Assembly (NCBI GenBank): GCA_029268285.1
Contig: JAJUGG010000003.1
Location: forward strand, 9,976-41,975
DNA length: 32,000 nt
From: Ectothiorhodospiraceae bacterium
GTDB lineage: Bacteria > Pseudomonadota > Gammaproteobacteria > Nitrococcales > AK92
Reading direction: 5' to 3'
Under the pieces are notes generated by a model. That model searched no databases and was not told the origin of the DNA. It saw only the letters and a list, made by a program, of their open reading frames with translations. Below, in pieces: positions 26,879 through 32,000 of the stretch. Made by a program: the position numbers and the translations under genes. Numbering within the stretch: the stretch's first letter is position 1; the number at the start of each line of letters is the position of its first letter.

Positions 26879-27748
26879 GTGATGCAAGGGCTGGCGGCGT
26901 GGATCATGCGCGGTCGCTTTACCGCGATCGCAACAACCGTGGTCTGCGCCATCCTGCCCTTGCTCGGTTGGGTGTCCGGGGCCGTTGTGGCCCTGGTAAC
27001 ACTCAGACGAGGCGCTGGTGAAGGGCTGATTGTCCTGCTCGGCAGCCTGGTCGGCGTCAATCTGATTCTGGCGCTAATGGCCGGACAGGCAGTCTGGCTC
27101 TTGGGCCCGGCGCTGGAGCTTTGGTTGCCGGTGCTGGTATTAGCGCTGTGGTTACGCAGCAGTATTTCGCTGTCGTCGACCTTGCGTCTTGCCGCCGGGC
27201 TGGCGGCGCTAGCGGTTGCCGCGTTCTATGCGGCCGTCGGCGATCCAAGCCGGTACTGGCGCCCGCGCTTCGAACAAGTCCTTGGCAGCCTGCCGGACGG
27301 CGGGGGCGTCTGGGGCGCGGGCGTCGAGCAGATGCTGCCGATGATGACCGGGTTCTGGGCGCTAGGCTTGCTGATCGGCGCGGTGGCCAGTTTGCTGTTC
27401 GGGCGTTGGCTACAGTCCTTGCTGTACAATCCGGGCGGCTTCGCTAAAGAGTTCCGCGACGTGGATCTCGGGCGGGCGTTAGCCGGTGCAGCTGCGGCGC
27501 TGTGGGTCGGCACGGCCTTCGGCGGCCCCGCGATACTGCAGGACTTGGCGCTGGTTATTAGCGCGGTATTCGTGTTGCAGGCGCTGTCGCTAGTGCATGC
27601 GCTGATCGCCGCCAAGCGTCTCGGCGGCGGTTGGTTGATCGTAACGTACCTGTTGTTGCCGTTTGCGTTTCAGTTGATGGCGATAGCAGGCATGGCTGAT
27701 GCGGCCTTTCAGTGGCGGCAGAGGCTGAAACTGGGGGCCGGGTCGTGA
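26879..27748 (+). CDS. Polytopic inner-membrane protein of unknown function, possibly DUF2232/YybS-like
   Basis: 289 aa with about 7-8 hydrophobic helices and no catalytic motif I recognise. It sits between rpsR and rplI on the same strand with short gaps. The start is GTG 26879 or ATG 26882. Confidence 0.75.
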   Translation: MMQGLAAWIMRGRFTAIATTVVCAILPLLGWVSGAVVALVTLRRGAGEGLIVLLGSLVGVNLILALMAGQAVWLLGPALELWLPVLVLALWLRSSISLSSTLRLAAGLAALAVAAFYAAVGDPSRYWRPRFEQVLGSLPDGGGVWGAGVEQMLPMMTGFWALGLLIGAVASLLFGRWLQSLLYNPGGFAKEFRDVDLGRALAGAAAALWVGTAFGGPAILQDLALVISAVFVLQALSLVHALIAAKRLGGGWLIVTYLLLPFAFQLMAIAGMADAAFQWRQRLKLGAGS

Positions 27749-27797
27749 CGGTTCGGTCGAATTGGACGCTTAGATAGACACCTCTGGGGTGGTAACG

Positions 27798-28250
27798 ATG
27801 GAAGTCATTCTTCTGGATAAGGTCGAGAACCTCGGCAACCTGGGCGACCAAGTCAAGGTCAAGCCGGGCTACGGTCGCAACTACCTGATTCCGAAAGGCA
27901 AGGCTAAGCCTGCGACGCCTGAGAACATCAAGTACTTCGAAGAGCGTCGTGCCGAGTTGGAAAAGGCTGCGGCTGAAGCTCTGCAGGCTGCCGAGCAGCG
28001 CAAGGCGCAGCTGGAAGGCCTTACGGTCACCATCAACGCCAAGGCGGGTGACGAAGGCAAGCTGTTCGGCTCCGTGGGTACCGCCGACATCGCCGAAGCC
28101 GTGACCGCGGCCGGCGTCGAGATCGGTCGCCACGAAGTGCGCATGCCGGAGGGCCCGATCCGTTCCACTGGCGAGTACGAGATCGAGCTGCACCTGCACA
28201 GCGACGTCGATGCGACGGTGCAGGTCGTGGTCGCCGCTGAAGCGGAGTAA
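27798..28250 (+). CDS. rplI: 50S ribosomal protein L9
   Basis: ATG 27798 gives [36 protein letters not shown]; 150 aa. Confidence 0.96.
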   Translation: MEVILLDKVENLGNLGDQVKVKPGYGRNYLIPKGKAKPATPENIKYFEERRAELEKAAAEALQAAEQRKAQLEGLTVTINAKAGDEGKLFGSVGTADIAEAVTAAGVEIGRHEVRMPEGPIRSTGEYEIELHLHSDVDATVQVVVAAEAE

Positions 28251-28306
28251 AATCGGCCATGTGACCTCGTCGCAGGTTCCAGCCCGCGAGCGGGGTATAC
28301 TCCAAC

Positions 28307-28330
28307 GGAAAGCCGCATTTGCGGCTTTCC
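28307..28330 (+). terminator. 10-bp hairpin between rplI and dnaB (attenuator or processing site; no clean U-tract)
   Basis: ggaaagccgc (28307-28316), loop attt, gcggctttcc (28321-28330), followed by gtgacttt. Confidence 0.4.
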
Positions 28331-28349
28331 GTGACTTTGGGGGGTGACA

Positions 28350-29738
28350 ATGGCCGAAGCACAAGCCTTACCGTCCGCGACCGATGCTCTGAAGGTTCCG
28401 CCGCATTCGCTGGAGGCGGAGCAAGCGGTTCTCGGCGGTCTCATGCTCGACAACAGCGCCTGGGATCGGGTCGCCGGGCGAATTACCGAAGAAGATTTCT
28501 ATCGGCGCGATCATCGTCTGATCTTTCGCGCCATCACCACGCTTGCGGACAGCTCACAGCCGCTGGACGTGGTCACGCTCTCCGAGTGGCTGCGCAGCAA
28601 CGAGTTGCTGGAAGACGCGGGCGGGCTTGCCTACCTTGGCGCGATCGCGCGCGATACGCCGAGTGCCGCCAACATCGAAGCCTATGCCGACATCGTGCGC
28701 GAGCGCTCGGTGTTGCGACATCTCATCCAAGCCGGCACCGAAATCGTCTCCGCCTCATTTCAGCCTGAAGGGCGCAATAGCGCCGAGCTACTCGATTTTG
28801 CCGAGTCGCGCATCTTCCAAATCGCCGAGCAGACCGGCAAGCACAAGAAAGGCTTCGTCAACGTGAAGCAGGTGCTGCCGATGGTGGTCGACCGCATCGA
28901 CCAGCTGTTCCAGCAGGAAAGCGCGATTACTGGCTTGGCGACAGGCTTTACCGACTTTGACCACAAAACCTCCGGTCTCCAGGACGGTGATCTCGTCATC
29001 GTTGCCGGGCGGCCCTCCATGGGTAAGACCACCTTTGCCATGAACATCGCCGAGAACGCCGCCATGAGCGGAAAGACGGTGGCGGTGTTCAGTATGGAAA
29101 TGCCGGCCGATGCGCTCGTCATGCGTATGCTGTCGTCGCTTGGTCGCATCGAACTGCAGAAGATCCGTACCGGCAGGCTTGAGGACGATGACTGGCCGCG
29201 CCTCACCGGCACGATGAACCTGATGTCCGAGGCTAAGCTGTTCATCGACGATACGCCGGCACTGAACCCGACCGACATGCGCGCCCGCGCGCGGCGCTTG
29301 AAGCGCGAACACGGTCTCGGCCTCATCGTCATCGACTACCTCCAGCTGATGCAGGTGCAGGGCGGCGGTAAGGAAAACCGCGCCGCGGAGATTTCCGAGA
29401 TCTCGCGCTCTCTCAAAGGCATGGCTAAGGAGCTGGAGGTGCCGGTCATTGCCTTGTCGCAGCTAAACCGCTCCTTGGAGCAGCGGCCCAACAAGCGCCC
29501 GGTGATGTCCGACTTGCGCGAGTCGGGCGCCATTGAGCAGGACGCGGACGTGATTACCTTCATCTACCGCGACGAGGTCTACCACGACGACAGTCCGGAC
29601 AAGGGTACCGCGGAGATTATTATCGGTAAGCAGCGTAACGGACCGATCGGCACCGTGAGGCTGACCTTCCTCGGCCAGTACACGCGCTTCGAGAACTTTA
29701 TTCAGGACGTCTATCAAGGCGGCGAGGCCTACGAATGA
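28350..29738 (+). CDS. dnaB: Replicative DNA helicase DnaB
   Basis: PPHSLEAEQAVLGGLM, Walker A GRPSMGKTTFAMN, IVIDYLQLM, SQLNRSLEQR and IIGKQRNGP. About 462 aa is normal length, so there is no intein. ATG 28350 follows a G-rich SD. Confidence 0.96.
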   Translation: MAEAQALPSATDALKVPPHSLEAEQAVLGGLMLDNSAWDRVAGRITEEDFYRRDHRLIFRAITTLADSSQPLDVVTLSEWLRSNELLEDAGGLAYLGAIARDTPSAANIEAYADIVRERSVLRHLIQAGTEIVSASFQPEGRNSAELLDFAESRIFQIAEQTGKHKKGFVNVKQVLPMVVDRIDQLFQQESAITGLATGFTDFDHKTSGLQDGDLVIVAGRPSMGKTTFAMNIAENAAMSGKTVAVFSMEMPADALVMRMLSSLGRIELQKIRTGRLEDDDWPRLTGTMNLMSEAKLFIDDTPALNPTDMRARARRLKREHGLGLIVIDYLQLMQVQGGGKENRAAEISEISRSLKGMAKELEVPVIALSQLNRSLEQRPNKRPVMSDLRESGAIEQDADVITFIYRDEVYHDDSPDKGTAEIIIGKQRNGPIGTVRLTFLGQYTRFENFIQDVYQGGEAYE

Positions 29739-30829
29739 GCCGGTTCACGCGGGCTCGTATTCATCTCGACGCGCTACGCCATAATCTGGCGGTCGCGCGG
29801 TCCCATGTCGGGGAGGCAAAAGTGGCCGCCGTCATTAAAGCCGGCGGCTATGGCCACGGCGCAGTTGCAGTAGCCGGCGCTTTGGCGGGCGCGGACGCCT
29901 TTGCGGTGACTTCGGTGGACGAAGCCGAGGTCCTGCGTCAGGCCGGCTTTCATCAGCGCATCCTTGTCCTCGACGGGCTGTTTGAAGCCGACGAGTTGGA
30001 GCTGGCGGCGGCTCGCGGCCTTGATCTGGTGGTGCACTCCGATTGGCAGCTCGACTTGATCGAGCGCTTTACTACCGAAACGCCGCTGCGTTGCTGGCTC
30101 AAGGTCGATTCCGGCATGCACAGGCTGGGCTACGCGCCGGAGCGGGTCAAAATGGCCTACGCCCGCCTTGCCAACAGCGCCTCCGTGGAGGGGCCAGTCA
30201 ACCTTATGACGCACTTCGCCTGTGCCGACGATCGTCGTAGCGACTATACCCGCAGCCAGTTGCAGGTCTTCAATGCCGTCTGCGAGGAGCTGCCCGGCGA
30301 GCGTTCGGCAGCGAACTCCGCCGGCGTGCTCGCATGGCCCGAGAGTCATTACGAGTGGGTGCGGCCCGGAGTGATGCTGTACGGCGCCTCGCCGTTTGCC
30401 GATGGGCTCCCCGGGCGCCCGGCACTGGAGCCGGCGATGACCCTGGAAAGCCGGCTGATCGCGATACAGCACTTTCGTCGCGGCGATCGCGTTGGCTATG
30501 CAGGCACCTTCACCTGCCCGGAAGATATGCCGGTCGGGGTGGTGGCGATTGGATACGGCGACGGTTATCCGCGCCACGCGCCCAGCGGGACGCCGGTGCT
30601 CGTCGACGGCCGCCGCACGGCGCTGGTCGGGCGCGTCTCCATGGACTTGATCTGCATCGATCTGCGAGACCTGCCGGATGTGCGCATCAACGCGCCGGTG
30701 ACCTTATGGGGGCAGGGGCTGCCCATAGAGGAGATCGCCGAGTACTGCGGTACCATCAGTTACGAGCTCATGTGCAAGCTCACCTCCAGGGTGCGCTTCG
30801 ACTACGAAGGCGGACATGGCGAAGGTTAA
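29735..30829 (+). CDS. alr: Alanine racemase
   Basis: PLP-lysine motif AVIKAGGYGHG, plus HLKVDSGMHRLG-type WLKVDSGMHRLG and YGDGYPR. ATGA overlap with dnaB. Confidence 0.93.
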   Translation: MSRFTRARIHLDALRHNLAVARSHVGEAKVAAVIKAGGYGHGAVAVAGALAGADAFAVTSVDEAEVLRQAGFHQRILVLDGLFEADELELAAARGLDLVVHSDWQLDLIERFTTETPLRCWLKVDSGMHRLGYAPERVKMAYARLANSASVEGPVNLMTHFACADDRRSDYTRSQLQVFNAVCEELPGERSAANSAGVLAWPESHYEWVRPGVMLYGASPFADGLPGRPALEPAMTLESRLIAIQHFRRGDRVGYAGTFTCPEDMPVGVVAIGYGDGYPRHAPSGTPVLVDGRRTALVGRVSMDLICIDLRDLPDVRINAPVTLWGQGLPIEEIAEYCGTISYELMCKLTSRVRFDYEGGHGEG

Positions 30830-32000
30830 GACGGCATACGCCTGCAACGAATGCGGCGCGATGAGCCCGAAGTGGGCGGGGCAGTGCCCGGATTGCGGGG
30901 CATGGAATAGTCTCGAGGAGACGGTGCAGGCGCCGCCCGCGAGCGGCCCCCGCGCGGTCCGCGGCCAGTACGCCGGCGATCGCGGCGCGCAGACTCTGGC
31001 CGAGGTGCCGCGCGACACCGAGACGCGCTTTACCACCAATATCGGCGAGCTCGATCGTGTGCTAGGCGGCGGCATGGTGCGGGGCGGGGTGATCCTGCTC
31101 GGCGGCGACCCCGGTATCGGCAAGTCCACCTTGCTGTTGCAGACCCTGGCCGAGCTGCCGCAGGAACTCAAGGCGCTCTACGTTACGGGTGAGGAGTCGC
31201 TGCGCCAGGTCGCGCTGCGTGCTTCACGGCTGGGCGTGCAGGGCGACCGGCTCAAAGTGTTGGCCGAGACTTCGGCGGAGGCCATCGTCGAGGTGGCGCG
31301 GCGCGAGTCGCCCGACGTGGTGGTCATTGACTCGATCCAGACCATGCATGCCGAACACCTGCAATCCGCTCCTGGCTCGGTCGCGCAGGTGCGTGAGAGC
31401 GCGGCGTTTCTCGTGCGCTATGCCAAGCAGACCGGCACTGCGCTGTTTCTCGTCGGGCACGTCACCAAGGAGGGTCAGCTGGCCGGCCCGCGCGTGCTCG
31501 AGCACATGGTCGATACCGTGCTTTACTTCGAAAGCGAGAGTGGCAGTCGCTATCGCTTGCTGCGCGCGGTCAAGAACCGCTTCGGTGCCGCCAACGAACT
31601 CGGCGTTTTCGCTATGTCCGATGCCGGGCTCAAAGAGGTCGCCAACCCGTCCGCCATTTTCCTGTCTCGTCACGACGGCGATGTTACCGGAAGCGTCATC
31701 ACCGTCACTCGAGAGGGCAGCCGGCCTTTGTTGGTCGAGGTGCAGGCGTTGGTGGCGGATAGTTCCCTCGGTAACCCGAGGCGCGTCGCGCTCGGGCTGG
31801 AGGCGAACCGTCTATCCATGTTGCTGGCGGTGCTGCAGCGTCATGGCGGCATTTCAACCTTTGGGCAAGACGTCTTTCTCAACGTCGTCGGCGGCGTGCG
31901 CCTGTCGGAAACGGCCAGCGACTTGCCGGCCCTGATGGCCGCCTTGTCGAGCCTGCGAGACCGGCCTGTGCCGGCGGATTGGGTGGTTTTTGGCGAAATC
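30816..32000 (+). CDS. radA: DNA repair protein RadA/Sms, N-terminal ~395 aa (3' end off-window); absent from the ORF track
   Basis: My translation from ATG 30816 is uninterrupted to the window edge. It contains the zinc finger CNECGAMSPKWAGQCPDCGAWNS, Walker A GGDPGIGKSTLLLQ, VIDSIQ, GHVTKEG and the RadA-specific KNRFG, then the start of the Lon-like domain. Confidence 0.93.
   Translation, partial: MAKVKTAYACNECGAMSPKWAGQCPDCGAWNSLEETVQAPPASGPRAVRGQYAGDRGAQTLAEVPRDTETRFTTNIGELDRVLGGGMVRGGVILLGGDPGIGKSTLLLQTLAELPQELKALYVTGEESLRQVALRASRLGVQGDRLKVLAETSAEAIVEVARRESPDVVVIDSIQTMHAEHLQSAPGSVAQVRESAAFLVRYAKQTGTALFLVGHVTKEGQLAGPRVLEHMVDTVLYFESESGSRYRLLRAVKNRFGAANELGVFAMSDAGLKEVANPSAIFLSRHDGDVTGSVITVTREGSRPLLVEVQALVADSSLGNPRRVALGLEANRLSMLLAVLQRHGGISTFGQDVFLNVVGGVRLSETASDLPALMAALSSLRDRPVPADWVVFGEI

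Noticed and set aside
28350-29738. Possible intein or intron in dnaB (and in radA), which are common intein hosts
   Set aside because: DnaB is about 462 aa with contiguous Walker A, DYLQLM and SQLNR motifs and no insertion. The RadA motifs are likewise contiguous.
30704-31935. Track ORFs 30704..31171 (-) and 31189..31935 (+)
   Set aside because: Both lie inside the radA reading frame (frame 3 from 30816), which has zinc-finger, Walker A and KNRFG motifs. These are antisense or out-of-frame artefacts.

Overview
This window reads as a densely packed, almost entirely plus-strand block of core housekeeping genes from a high-GC proteobacterium. PriB between rpsF and rpsR, HisZ, and a Pseudomonas-like gene order suggest a gamma- or betaproteobacterium, but the species cannot be named from sequence alone. 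I did not find a novel system. Gene order: lptG (3' fragment) | RDD membrane protein and tRNA-Glu(CUC) on the minus strand | pcnB-folK-dNK-like kinase-panB-panC-panD | pgi | queG (minus) | nnr-tsaE-amiB-mutL-miaA-hfq-hflX-hflK-hflC-DUF2065-hisZ-purA | tRNA-Leu(CAG) (minus) | rnr-rlmB | rpsF-priB-rpsR-membrane protein-rplI-dnaB-alr-radA (3' end off-window). Calls rest on family motifs I recognise in the translations plus start/stop geometry; no database search was possible. The supplied ORF track omits radA, because its frame is open at the window edge, and several track ORFs carry spurious 5' extensions (pcnB, folK, panC, panD, hfq, rnr, rplI, queG). I saw no integrase, transposase, phage, toxin-antitoxin, CRISPR or defence-type genes, and no compositional island longer than about 200 bp. 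The findings are therefore modest: an uncharacterised membrane protein inside the ribosomal-protein/dnaB operon, a three-hairpin rpsF leader, an AT-rich gap upstream of amiB, promoter and start-codon oddities at pcnB and hflX, and a few hairpins and repeats. The long antisense ORFs look like high-GC artefacts.
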